A stretch of 63,403 bases of DNA, counting the filler, from Globobulimina sp. (taxonomy: Eukaryota), in NCBI GenBank assembly GCA_003354225.1. It is 20 parts of 20 records of this genome, joined end to end, with 100 filler letters (N's around TTAATTAATTAA, not from the genome) between each part and the next. Parts side by side here need not be neighbours in the genome. Positions count along the whole stretch, not along the records: positions 1 to 3,078 come from PIVH01003789.1; positions 3,179 to 6,256 come from PIVH01003790.1; positions 6,357 to 9,433 come from PIVH01003791.1; positions 9,534 to 12,610 come from PIVH01003792.1; 16 more parts are not named here. One strand, given 5' to 3'. The notes under the pieces were generated by a model, which was not told where the DNA came from, ran no database searches, and saw only the letters and a program-made list of their open reading frames with translations. Every line of letters starts with the position of its first letter. Within the stretch, counting starts at the first letter, position 1. Position numbers and translations under genes: made by a program. Shown here in pieces: positions 1 through 12,370 of this stretch.

Positions 1-717
1 TAATGGTAATTTATAATTACTGTCAGGTCTTTCATCTGCACCCAATAATGATGACAAATCTAATGAGAAATCTACAGTTTGTTTCGACACATCCAATGTT
101 TTATAAATTCGCTCAACATTCTCTTGGGTAAGATTTGCAGCGTTTGAGTTCATTTTTTGTAAATATACAGTCAGATCTTCCCTACACCGCTTTTGTTCTT
201 GACATTGTTTCTTAAAACGATTCGAATTATTTTTGTGTTTATCTGGATCCCCAATAAGTAAATGATCAATGCTTATGTTTGACCGCCACGTTTCTAACAC
301 TCGACATTGATGGCCTGGCAATATTAATTGATGTTGACTTTGCACAAACCATTTATTTAAATGAATTCCTTTTACTGCAACGCAATTTTTATTCCTTTCA
401 TAAATGTATGATATTCCCACTTGCAAATCCTGTGTTATTCTCCATATTTGAACAAATTCAACTGTGTGCACTTGGTAATGTTGGTATGACCGATATCCAC
501 TTTTGTCACTTACAGGCATTATAATAGGTATTATATCAGCATTATTTTTGAATCGTTTAAGTTGTTGAATAAACGCACTTTTCGTGAGTGAGAGTGTAAT
601 TCGTTTGTTGTTGGATTTCTTATTATAAATAGGTATTTTACCCCATTTTGTGCGGTCGATAATGCTATGAACATTCTTTTCATTTTTCAGAAAACGTTTC
701 ACATCTTCTTTGTGCAT
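1..717 (-). CDS. Hypothetical protein, runs off the window start (not in the ORF track)
   Basis: Manual translation from ATG at 717 (MHKEDVKRFLKNEKNVHSIIDRTKWGK...SLLGADERPDSNYKLPL) is open to position 1. Confidence 0.55.
   Translation of the reverse strand, partial: MHKEDVKRFLKNEKNVHSIIDRTKWGKIPIYNKKSNNKRITLSLTKSAFIQQLKRFKNNADIIPIIMPVSDKSGYRSYQHYQVHTVEFVQIWRITQDLQVGISYIYERNKNCVAVKGIHLNKWFVQSQHQLILPGHQCRVLETWRSNISIDHLLIGDPDKHKNNSNRFKKQCQEQKRCREDLTVYLQKMNSNAANLTQENVERIYKTLDVSKQTVDFSLDLSSLLGADERPDSNYKLPL
8..161. repeat. Direct repeat copy 1 (~154 bp); copy 2 is at 1499-1652
   Basis: Near-identical sequence apart from a mismatch cluster (ttcgacacatcc vs tttgatgcattc). Confidence 0.93.
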
Positions 718-720
718 TAA

Positions 721-1029
721 TTATGTCACGAACCGTACTCGCAACAGATTTGGTAACGTAGCAACTCGAATATTATATTCATTTTTTATATCGTTGGGGG
801 TAAACAACTTATCTATAATTTTCCATTCATAATTTTGCTTTTTGTAAGGTATTGCTACTAAATATAACATTTGATTTGTTGTTGCATCATTAAAACCATA
901 GTCGAATATCATGATTATACCGTTTTGTGTATTAAAAACATTATTTTTATGCAAAGAAATTGATTTAATCATAAAATGATATAAATTTGGTATCGTTTGC
1001 TTGATTTTATTGGGGATTGAATCTGACAA
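721..1029 (-). CDS. Hypothetical protein fragment
   Basis: 102-aa ORF ending 3 nt before the next minus-strand ATG. Confidence 0.35.
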   Translation of the reverse strand: MSDSIPNKIKQTIPNLYHFMIKSISLHKNNVFNTQNGIIMIFDYGFNDATTNQMLYLVAIPYKKQNYEWKIIDKLFTPNDIKNEYNIRVATLPNLLRVRFVT

Positions 1030-1220
1030 TTATTATCCGCATATAAATAATAATAATAATTATATAGTTGCATCAACAGAAAAAGAAAAAGACGTTGATG
1101 CAAAATTTAATCAATTTAATTATAATATTAATAGATTACACCGCATAAATCATGATTACACAGCATTTGGGGATTCAAATCTTATCGTAGTGTCAGGAAA
1201 TATTCATGGCCGTACTGTGA
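1030..1220 (+). pseudogene. Caspase-like linker and p10-start fragment, inverted relative to the p20 piece
   Basis: DSNLIVVSGNIHGRTV resembles the first strand of p10 and abuts the p20 fragment on the opposite strand. Confidence 0.45.
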
Positions 1221-1408
1221 TTAAAAATGATCTTCACAATCGATCGATTTTCATAGATGTCAATTGACGTTAATTCGTGTCTAATGAAATCCAGTGCAAC
1301 ATTCTTGAGATCAGACGAAAGAAAATTATCTTCTCCACCTCCATGTGATATAATGTGAATGATGACACATTGCCTTTGCTGTGAGGAACGTTGTAAATGT
1401 TCATCCAA
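1193..1408 (-). pseudogene. Caspase-like (peptidase C14) p20 fragment, broken just before the catalytic Cys
   Basis: CVIIHIISHGG (His-Gly motif) and KIIFNHS, where xxCRG would follow. Confidence 0.6.
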
Positions 1409-1498
1409 AAAATCTATAATATCCGTTTTGGCCGCATATAAGGTGTGTTCATTACATATATAAACAGAATAATGGTATGTATGACGCCATAATTCTAA

Positions 1499-1652
1499 AA
1501 TTTATAATTACTGTCAGGTCTTTCATCTGCACCCAATAATGATGACAAATCTAATGAGAAATCTACAGTTTGTTTTGATGCATTCAATGTTTTATAAATT
1601 CGCTCAACATTCTCTTGGGTAAGATTTGCAGCGTTTGAGTTCATTTTTTGTA
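1499..1652. repeat. Direct repeat copy 2
   Basis: Matches 8-161. Confidence 0.93.
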
Positions 1653-1813
1653 TTTTCATCGACATTTTTTTGGAAGTCATTTATTATTTCAAGTGTGGCA
1701 AATATTCCTGTGTTTGTCATCAAATTTATTCATAAAAAATGCAATCCTTCCATGCAAGCGAAGCTGAAAGATGACCAACAATGACATTTTGTATTGATTT
1801 AGATTGACTGTGT

Positions 1814-3078
1814 TTGCTTATGTTTTCCATTTATTTAATTGAGATGTTGACGTGTGAAAAAACTAACCTCGAGCGGCAATGGGAAACGACCAACACATCA
1901 CCGCCACCACAACCAATCAAAGATGTCCCGCCCTCCACATTCAAATTCGTCCATCTTGAATACCTAGAATATCTGGATCTCAGTCGCAACAAACTCCTAT
2001 GCCTTCCATCCGATATTCAATGCCTTTCATCACTCCAATATCTCAATGTCAGTCGCAACCAATTACGAAATCTTCCGTGTGAAATCGGCAAACTGCACAA
2101 ATTGGTCACACTCAACGCACTGAGTAATTCATTGAATCAGCGGACATTGCCATTGCCCGAAATCGCATCACTTCCAAATCTCCGCACTCTCGACCTTCGA
2201 TTCAATCGAAAATGTAAAAACATTGATTTCATAAACGATCGTTTCCGAAACCAAAACGTTTCCATTTTGGTGACTCCGAAAACGAAATCCATTCGCGATC
2301 GGGCAATCGTTGGTGTGCACGCTTGCGACAGGGATGCCACTCAGTTACAGTCCCAATTGGAACCGTGGGGAACTCCTCATCTTCGCAGACGATTGAAGCA
2401 GTTCGGAGTGGACACTGACCCCGAAATACATCGGAGAGCGTATGTAATGGACAGATTACTTGAATGTTATGACAAAGCGGGGCCTCGCACTATTCGTAGG
2501 ATCAAACCGGCCACGCAATGTAGACCGCAGTTATGCCAAGCATTGCTCTGTGAATTACAGAAATGGGTATCGATATTTGGTGCATCGAATATGCCGAGAG
2601 AGAGAGCCACCATTAAGGCGACATCGTATATGATCTTGAGATCGCCGGTGGAGTTCACTAAGACACACGGACAAAAGGCCTTATTGGCGGTGGCGAAAGT
2701 GAAGAAATGGTTTGCTTTGTGGAGTGTGGCAGCCCAAGTGATGGCAGAAGCAGACCCTGTGTTTGCGAGCAAATATACGGCGATTGCCTTTACGCATAAC
2801 TTTGTGGGGAGTCCGCATATCGACACTAGGAATATTGGACCATTTTATGGATTGGGTCTCGGAGACTATCAGAATGGAGGGGATGGAGGGGAATTGTGTG
2901 TAGAGAGCGGTGTGAGCGAGGTTTCGTACTGTGATACGCATGGAAGGCTGACCATGGTCGATGGACGGTATCCGCATTGGGTTGCGCCGTATGAAGGAAC
3001 TAGATTCTCTGTCATTTATTATCAGACATTGGGGGAAACTATACCGAGGGGGAAGGCAGTCTTGAGTGCTGATGACAA
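1814..3078 (+). CDS. LRR protein fused to a SAP-like motif and a 2OG-Fe(II) dioxygenase domain (runs into the gap; true start uncertain)
   Basis: LRRs (LEYLDLSRNKL, LQYLNVSRNQL, LRTLDLRFN); HxD (PHIDTRN), GGELCV, distal His (YPHWV) and RFSVIYY. Confidence 0.78.
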
Positions 3079-3178
3079 NNNNNNNNNNNNNNNNNNNNNN
3101 NNNNNNNNNNNNNNNNNNNNNNTTAATTAATTAANNNNNNNNNNNNNNNNNNNNNNNNNNNNNNNNNNNNNNNNNNNN
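3079..3178. other. Artificial contig linker (N-run, TTAATTAATTAA, N-run); 19 such linkers in the window
   Basis: The same all-frame stop spacer flanked by Ns recurs about every 3.17 kb, and the contigs decrease steadily in length. Confidence 0.98.
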
Positions 3179-3244
3179 CACTGCCAACAACACTCCCACC
3201 AATGATGTTGATCCATCCAGACATCTGCGAGTTTCTAATAAAAC

Positions 3245-6200
3245 CTAATGACTACCATAAGACATGTTTTTATCTGTTTCCTGTATCTCAAGTGGCACTA
3301 GCTGTTTTAAAGCTCTCCGTACGATTTTGTGATTGGGTAGCATAATATTAACCGTACGTATTATACCATCCCTCCCAGGGAGAAAACTGTGTATTCTAGC
3401 CTTTTGCCATTGCGCCCTTGGTAGGTCATCCTTCACCAACACTATTGTTCCAATTTTTGGTATATCAGTACAAACATTTCGTTCCGCTTTATACCAAACT
3501 CGTTCTCGTAGGCTTAACAAATAGTCATTGCGCCATATCTTCCAAAAGGCATCAAGCGAATTTTGACTATCATGCCACATTTTTATTATGTCCTGTTTAG
3601 TATTTGGCTTGGGCGTGTAATCTGGGTCTGAATCGATACACACATTTGGTAAGCCTGTTTTAGTGTTTGTTAACAGTAAATGTGCCGGCGTCAAGCATGT
3701 CTCATTTAATTCTTCTGTCAATTGTGTCAATGGCCTGGAATTTACGACTGCTTCTATTTCCACTATGAGAGTTTGTATTTGTGCTAAACTTAGCAATCTA
3801 CATCCGATAGCCTTTTTCAAACTCCTTTTCATAGTTCCAATCAATCTTTCGTAAAATCCGCCCATCCAAGGGGCCATTTCTGTTATAAATTTCCACTCGA
3901 TGTTGTGATTTGCTACATAATTTTGTGTTACGTCATCATTCAATGCGGTTTGTTCCCAAAGCACTTTTAATGACTTTGCTGTATACTTAAAATGCTTTGC
4001 ATTGTCAGATATCATAAGATTTGGCCGTCCTCTACGTGCGATAAATCTTTTCATTGCATCTATGAATGTTAAAGCCGTCAAATCAGTTACTATCTCTAAA
4101 TGCACTGCTCGTGTAGACGCACAGGTAAATAAACATATCCATACCTTCTCCTTAATACAAGTGTCTCTGTTCTGTATCAAAAATGGACCTGCGTAATCAA
4201 CACCTGTATACTCAAACGGTTTACTAGCCGTAACTCTAAAGGTCGGCCATGGTGGCGCTGGAGGTGTCCTATAAGTTCCACCATCGTATTGTTTACAAAA
4301 AGTGCATTTTCTTATTATACGTTGCACCTCTCTCCGTCCTTGTGATATCCAATACAAGTGTCTGACGTGTGACAAAGTTTGGTTTACACCTGCATGGAAC
4401 AACTGTTTATGGCAATCTTCGATTACCAATTTTGTAAAATGACTGTTTTTAGGTAATAATCTGGGGTATTTCATGTTCTCTGATACATCTGCGTACTGTA
4501 ACCTTCCTTTACACCGTACTAGACCCTCCTTGTCTAAGTAAAGACCTAACTGACTAATCGTTGCGTTTCTGTCTTTTCGTTTTCCTGTCAATATGTCTTT
4601 AATACTACTAAATGCGAGATCTTGTACGTGTAATTCCCATCTTTTTCTCGCCCAATCAATTTCCTTTAACGATAAATAGGCCTCGTGTCTGTTTATCTTT
4701 GGCAATCTTTTTAGCCATATAAGACATGCCTTTCGTACTAAAGCTGTCATATTTATCAGTTTCTTAAATGATGAAAACTTAGTCATGTCAATTTCAAATG
4801 GCGCGTCATTTACTTCTCGCTTTTGTTGCACCAAAACCGATTCTATTTCTGTAAAAACGTTCAAAGCTACTTCACTATCTTCCTTTGCATGTTTTGGCCA
4901 ACAATCTTCATCCTGTTTTAACCATTTAGGACCCTTCCACCAAAGATTGTTTTTAATTGATAAATCATGTTTGTCTGGCTTAGTCGGTATATCAGCAGGG
5001 TTACATTCTGATGGAACATAACGTTTTTCGACCTTTTCTACCTCATTTATCGATTTAACTCGGTTTGCTACAAACGTGGATAAAACTTTTTTAGTTTTCA
5101 ACCAAGTCAATACACATTGGGAATCTGACCACAATATTGTACGTTCGATATTACATCTCAATTGCTCACGTACAAATTTTATCAATTTTGCTCCGAGCGT
5201 AACTCCCATTAACTCCAATCGAGGTAAAGTAATCTCCTTTACTGGTGCTAACCGGTTTTTTGCGAAAATCAAACATGTCTCTATTTTATCTTTTGCTTTC
5301 ATTCGCAAATAAATAGCTACTGCATATGTTTTTATGGATGCGTCCGTAAAACAATGCAATTCTATACTTTCACTTTGTCGTATCGGTCCAATTAATCGAG
5401 GTAAAGTTATAGTTGGTATAACCTTTAATAATTTTACTACTCGTTCCCATTCTGTTTTTATCTTTGGAGGTAATTTGTCATCCCAATTTATTTTCTCCTT
5501 CCAAACACTTTGCAAAAGCAATCTAGATTGTGCCGTGAATGGACAAAAAAGTCCCAATGGATCAAAAACTTTTGCAATTGCCTTTATTAAATGTCTTTTT
5601 GTTTCTACAGACATTTCACCCAGTTTTGAATCGATTAATGAGATCATATCTTTATCTAGATCCCATTTTATTCCCAAAACCTTTATCATTTCGCCTTTGG
5701 CTCTGTCCTTTTCGGGTATCATACTAATGAATTCTTTTGAATTAGAACTCCATTCTCGCAAATTCATGGAGGCTTCATACAGTATTTCTTTCGATATTGT
5801 ATAAAACTTCATCGCTTCCTCTATAGTTGATTTACCTACAACTACATTGTCTACATACAAATTCTGGGAAATCTCCTTTGCTATGTCACGATTAATTTTT
5901 GTGTGAAATAGATGGTGACGCAAAGTTGCCATCAATAAAAATGGGCTACATATTACTCCGAAACCCACTCTGGCGAATCGATATATCACCAAATTGCTCT
6001 TATCTGTGCTTAGATTTTTAATATTTCGTATCCACAGCAAACGATTTACATCTCTATCGTTCGATGCGACTAATATCTGCAAAAATGCTTTCTCAATGTC
6101 ACTGAGAATTGCTATTTCATCCAATCGAAGTCTCATCAATAAACCGCAAATATCCTCCAATCCAACTGGACCTCGATACAACATATAATTCAAACTATTC

Positions 6201-6256
6201 GTATTTGGGCTTGCTTTGCTCGACGCATCATAAACTACACGAATTTTTGTCGTAGC
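3245..6256 (-). mobile_element. pol: BEL/Pao LTR retrotransposon pol (RT, RNase H, integrase, DUF5641-like tail), 5'-truncated by the gap
   Basis: RVVYDAS; DIEKAFLQI; YVDN; FDPLG; FTDAS; TLPRLELMG; WSDSQ; NPAD; HHCC motif; GVDYAGP, SDNA, PWMGGFYERL; FWKIWRNDYL. Confidence 0.96.
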
Positions 6257-6356
6257 NNNNNNNNNNNNNNNNNNNNNNNNNNNNNNNNNNNNNNNNNNNN
6301 TTAATTAATTAANNNNNNNNNNNNNNNNNNNNNNNNNNNNNNNNNNNNNNNNNNNN

Positions 6357-9300
6357 GTGTGTATATTTGTGTGGCTCTTTAATCAAATCTAGACGATGTT
6401 GATGAATTATTCCTTCCCTCGGTATACCAAAAATTGGACATGTTTCCTTATATATTGGTGGTTCATTAATATCAGATATTAATTTGCTTTGTTTATTAAT
6501 ATATACAACAGGATGAGGAAATAAACTATTTTTGAGATTATATTTATTCCAAAATCGTCGATTTATATTGAATTCAGAATTTTTTTGTGATCCACTCATA
6601 TTTTTTAATGGTTTATTCATTACTTCAATTGGTATTGTACTATTCACACAAATACAATGTTCATCTATGAATTGCACTAATGGCTTGAAATGTTTATTAT
6701 TAATTAGGCACACCCACTGCTTTTGTTGAGAATATTGATACAATAAATTCCAAATATCACTATGTACATATTTCATACCACCGCAATATCCATTTTCAAC
6801 TTTATCTTCTAATATTTCAATAAATTCAAATTCTCGTAATTTCACATGAACTGCAGACCGTTGTATCCATACTTTGTGACCAATATTTATAATATTTCTG
6901 GATAAAATTAACCCGAAGTTTGGATGCCGTACTAATGGGCTTATACAAATCCCACCTTCTAAACAATGAATCCAACGTTCAATGAATTTGTAATGAGCAA
7001 ACTCAACAAAACGTAATAATTGCACATAAATAACAACTTTTGCAACTAAAACTGATAATCCATCAATTTCATTCCAGCGTTTGAATTCCTCACATGTTGT
7101 GAACGCAAAAATATCACCAAAATTATCTGACAAAATAGATTTGCATTTTTGAACATTATATATTGTTTTGAGATTGATTATATTTTTAAATAGTTTTTGT
7201 ATAAAATCAGCACTATGTCCAAAATATTTTGGTGGTAATAATTTATTAATCAAATTTAGTTTACTTGATGCATGTTGACGAATACAATCATTACATGCAT
7301 ATTGCTTTAAACCATTTTTATGATTGTTACACCATTTAAATAAATTACTTTTTCTATGCAATCTGGCACATCTTACTCGCCAACGTAATGTATATTTTTC
7401 TAAAATGTAATTAACTGCTTCTATGATATCTAATGCATCAAATTGAGTCACTAAGTATTGCAAAGCATACCGCATTTCATGTACTATTTGAAATTTGGCA
7501 GCAATTAACGGATATAACTCAATAACTCTGTTTCTATTCAACACAGTTAAATCCAGAATTGGTTTAATAACCTTTTGACCAACAGAATGAATGGTTAAAA
7601 TTGCAGCACAATTTGCACGTTCTCTCCAAAATGTCTTTAATTGCGGTTCATTGAACTCAGAGTTCGTTGAAATAACTTCCAAAATTAAAACAAATCTTTT
7701 AATGTCAAATGTTAAATTCTGTTTAGTAAATGATTCTAAATGTTCAGATTTATTGTATAATTTCTTATCTATATTCATTCTTTGTTTATGTGGTGATCTG
7801 AATTTTGATATTACATTTTTAAATGATATTGATTGCTTTTCATTATCTGATAATTCAGGCAATAATTGAATTAATGTTAATGGTTTTGTTGGCTTTAATA
7901 TGTTAATATCTGTTGTTTTAATGATATTTACTTTTTTTGTTTTAGCACTAAATACATGACCTTCCTCATCTGTATCACTAGTATACATTTTAATTAATCG
8001 TTTAGTAATTAAAGCAGCTGATGCATCTATGTTACCAGCAAATCTTGTATCTGACGAAGCTTTATTTCTTCGAAACTCATTTGCATTGTAATATTGTAAA
8101 ATTTGAGATAAATAAATTGGATTTTTTTCTACTTTTTTGGAGGTTAGTTTAATCATTGTTGGTACTAAAGATTTGATAATTTTTGTTTTATTGAATTCGA
8201 TTGTTACAGTTCCCCACACCTCTTTAATTGGCACCTGAATGACTGTATTAAATAGATGTGAAACATCTAAAATCTCAATTAATAATGGGTTTGTTTCTCT
8301 TTGGGAACTTATATGTGTCCGTGATGTTGGACCATCGTCACATGCGATTGCATTTAACTCAGTGATAACTGGGAATTTGTCTGTGAACTCTCGCAATTTT
8401 TTTAACAAATCCATTCCTGTTTCTTTAGTTGGATTACAAGGTTGGTGCATTTCTGCCCATCTGAAGCCACAATCTAATTGTTTATGATATATTGTTAACT
8501 CCATTGGTATTACTTTAGCTCCCCAATGTCCTTTAAATGTGGCTGCATCCACTGCTGCATTGACCACTGGACATTTTCTTGATTGTAAAATCCTTGAATT
8601 AATTTGTTGATAATACCACATCATTTGAACAGTTTGATATTGCCTGATAGTATTACCAGACATTAAAGGTGGTAAAAATGGATGTAATACTTTGGGAATC
8701 ATTTTATATATTCCTGAGCCAACGGATTTCAACTGCTCAGGATATAAATTATTTGTTGATACAATATCTAATTGTTCAAATACAGAATCAGTTGAATATG
8801 CGCCTCCTTTACCAATTTTATATTTGCTTTTTTGTTTCTTTAAATTGATATATTCTTTAATATGTTGTTTATTTGTCATTTTATAAATTTTGTTCTTTTG
8901 ATTTCTATGTCTTAATAATGCCCAATGTGTTAAAATTGAGTGATTTTCATTGAGTCTATATACGAATTTATGTGTTTTTGATAAACCTATTTGAATATCA
9001 TGCAGTAGTCCTGAATTCATAGCAATTTGTTTATTATATATGTATCGATATTGTTTAATATCATTCCATGCTGTTTGCATAACATCTGTATAATATGAGT
9101 TGTTGGTTGTTGATATACCAATAAACTCTTTCATTCTGTTTGTTATTGTAAATAAATTTAAATCTAAAATCTTAATGCTTGTCGTATCATTTTTAAATAT
9201 TAATCGCACTTTGGCTGCAATAGTTAAGGCTCTCTCTATTAAACTCTGATGAGTTTCTGTTGCCTTTTGATTCTTAATTTTGTTATAGGTGAATGAATAA

Positions 9301-9401
9301 AATGTTTTGAAAAAGAACCAACAACTGGGCGTCATTGTCAACGCAAACACAATAAATAGCATAAAATGAATGTGAGGGGCGGTGTGTTCAACCCTCGACA
9401 C
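6357..9401 (-). mobile_element. Large divergent hAT-like DDE transposase ORF (>1000 aa, intronless, runs into the gap)
   Basis: Motifs in hAT order: SGNTIR, AAVDAAT (D1), ETGMDLL, AIACDDG (D2), DVSHLFN (CxxH-like), DTRFAG (TRW-like), NSTIPIEVMNK (E3, dimerisation region). Confidence 0.65.
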
Positions 9402-9533
9402 ATTAAATAATCTAAAATGAGTGTACTGCGCGTNNNNNNNNNNNNNNNNNNNNNNNNNNNNNNNNNNNNNNNNNNNNTTAATTAATTAANNNNNNNNNNN
9501 NNNNNNNNNNNNNNNNNNNNNNNNNNNNNNNNN

Positions 9534-10382
9534 ATTCATTTCGACTCTTTCGTAAAACGGAATTCGTATATTTAAAATTGATACATTATTTATCATCATT
9601 TCCAAGACAGTCTTCCATCGAACAGCCACATCCCATGGGGTTCCATCCCAATCAAAATATTCCAACTGATGCCTTGCAAAATGGCTGAAAACTGTCATAT
9701 TCAATGTATCAGAGCTACCATTCTCGAAATGCACCATTTCCAGAGACAAATGCGTCAATTTCTTTAGATTGGTTGCTATTGTATTGAATATTTGAAATGA
9801 AACATCACAGTCTTTTAACATGAGATGAATAATATTTGTATTAAATTTATTCAATATGGCATTAATATTTTTTGATTGGTTTTGATACCATGCTTCCAAG
9901 CATTGACTGTATGGAATTGTTGCTGACTTAATGCAAATATTTGTGAGTGTATTTGGGATATTTTGATTGGAATATAAATAATTATAAACAGCTGTGAGTA
10001 AATGTGGTGAATCCGGAATTATCAATGTTTGGATATTTTGAAACGAATCGAATAAATCAAATTGTTTATTTTCTGTGGATTGCATTTGCATACAACTTAA
10101 ATCCAAATGCGTTAATTTAATAAATTTATTGAAAACATTTGTTGCTGAAACCTGTTTAAAATACCATTTCATATCATTTTCCTTAATTTGATGTGAATCG
10201 AATGAATATTGTCTGTTGAAGATAGAAGTAAAATGTTTGTTTATTGTCAATAAAAGAACGGCTTCATTCAAACAAAGGAAATGCGAGATATGCACTAGCA
10301 AACAATCAGCGACTTTGTCGAATGTCAGATGTTGCTTCTTTTTGTACATAATGTTGTGGATAATATCTCGAATGCGATGCAT
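9534..10382 (-). CDS. F-box-like/LRR protein, partial
   Basis: N-terminal LLVHISHFL...INKHF followed by LTHLDLS and LTHLSLE repeats. Confidence 0.55.
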
Positions 10383-10586
10383 AAGGAATTAAGAGATATA
10401 TTATTATTAGACTACAAAATGCTATTATTAGGTTTAAATTTCATAATTTATATGGAAAACAATTGAATTTAGCACGGTCGCGAGATAAGTACCAAGCGAC
10501 TGACTCAATAATTAATCTACATCTACACCAAAAAAAGACGACTAAACAAAACAATATAAGACATGCACAAATAAATAAATGTAACA

Positions 10587-12370
10587 TTATACAAATCCTC
10601 TATAAATGGGCGTAATCGACCTACCAATGATCTCGTAATCCCTTTGATTCTCAGGTCCGATATGACAAATCATGCGGAATCCCACCACCCCGCAATTTTG
10701 CAACTTTCTTTTCCCCGCCATCGACTGTGTATGTTTCGGCAAAAACCGCTTAAAAAAGGCTCGCATCCAATGGCTGTGTCCGCACGCAATGATGGTGTTA
10801 TATGCATTGCCTTTTTCGTCATTTTTCTTAAAGGCCCAATCACAGAAAAAATTCAATCTTTGTTGCGTATCCTGGCCAGATTCACGCAAAGATTTCTTAC
10901 CAAAGGAAATGTTGGATTTTTCAATCATTAGTCGCGACGCATAGAACTCTGTCAATTTGCTCACATTCAACTTCTTGCTCGTTTTCTCGAAGTTGCTCAC
11001 TTGCGGCAACTTTGTGGACAAAATGGGTGTATGGGTATCGACGTTCATGCCCAGCTCCTGCAGACAGGGCAAGATGTGGATGCATTCCTTGTTTGCGCCA
11101 AACCGGTCCCATAACGCAATCACTGCGGTCGATATGGCCCGGCGCAAATTGCTCGTCACCACGATGCTGTTGTTGCTGCTATCTATCATCTGATCCAATA
11201 CCCATTCCATCTCCAGAGGCATCTCCAAATCGTCCTGTTCCTCCACGTTGTCCACCTGGTTCGCGATCACCACATGGCTGAAACACACAGAAAACACACG
11301 ATACAAACACACAAAAACGTTTCTGTGTCAGAATCATACCTAAAACATCTATTCAAGTTGGTAGAGTCCACATCTTTCAGCTCATCGGTATGTACATGCA
11401 ACTCATGCTCGTTATGCCTATTCTGAGCATGCTGCAACAAAATCTCCTCATTTTTCAAATCATCCCGGTCCTCATCATCAATAAAATCGCCCCCTTTGGT
11501 CACATGCCCCACAGCGCCGTACCCCAATGCTTTGGCATTATGATTGCGCCGTGCTTCCGTTTCCAACATGATCTCTTGAATGCGTTTATGCGCAGAGTCC
11601 ATAATCTGTTTAATCTGCGTACATTTGCGCAACAAGTCGCCGTTGTTAATGTGTTGCAACTCACTCTGATACTTATCCAAAATGCCCACATTGATGATAC
11701 GCAACGCATCTTTGATCGGCGTAGCTAACGATTGGTGATGCTCTAAATCCGCCAAACTCTCAAACTGTCGCAAAGTCAGATGCCGCCCTAAAAAGCGCGA
11801 CAAACCGTACGCTTCGTCGATGCCAACCCGCGATAAAGGCGCGTCCACCACCCACGTATCGGCATGGTTTTGTGGGTTGTTCTTCGTTCGCAAATATTCC
11901 CCGATCCCCACCGCCATGGCCGCCCATTTCCGTTTCCGTCCACTGTTTTTAAACCGGTTCCAAATGCTGTTGCCATGCCGCACGAATATAAACGTTTTGT
12001 ACATCTTCGTATGCTGTTTTTTCTCGTCTAAGCCCAGCATTTGGTTAACTTTCTCCTTCGAGCCATAATGAATGTGCTTGTTAGACGGTGGTGGCGCCAC
12101 TGGTCGCGGTTGCACGGATTTCGAGGCGGCTCCGTTCATATTCGTATTGTCAGATTTGCTGTGTTTTATATTGTGTACAGGTATGGCAGTCAATGCATTG
12201 TAGGATTGCGAGATGTGTTTGTTTTTCGATTGGTTGAAAAAGATAGATTTTAGATTGGTTTTCAAGCAGAATCTACGTGTTCTTAAGCTTTTGGTTCGTT
12301 GGAACGAATAATTTAATCGCATGCGCCCGTTCTTACAATGAATATCCTTGATACTGCGTTCCGTAATCAT
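10587..12370 (-). CDS. Histidine phosphatase (phosphoglycerate mutase-like) protein, two exons, intron 11278-11339
   Basis: FVRHG, DAPLS, TSNLRRAIST, LQE and CGHS motifs; a 62-nt GT-AG intron joins the two ORFs in frame; the true start is probably downstream of 12370. Confidence 0.88.

Noticed and set aside
3079-3178. Regularly spaced TTAATTAATTAA as a biological repeat
   Set aside because: It is always embedded in N-runs and is an assembly linker; ORF tails ending in X...LIN are artefacts
3333-6188. Plus-strand ORFs opposite the BEL pol
   Set aside because: Antisense shadows of a long ORF
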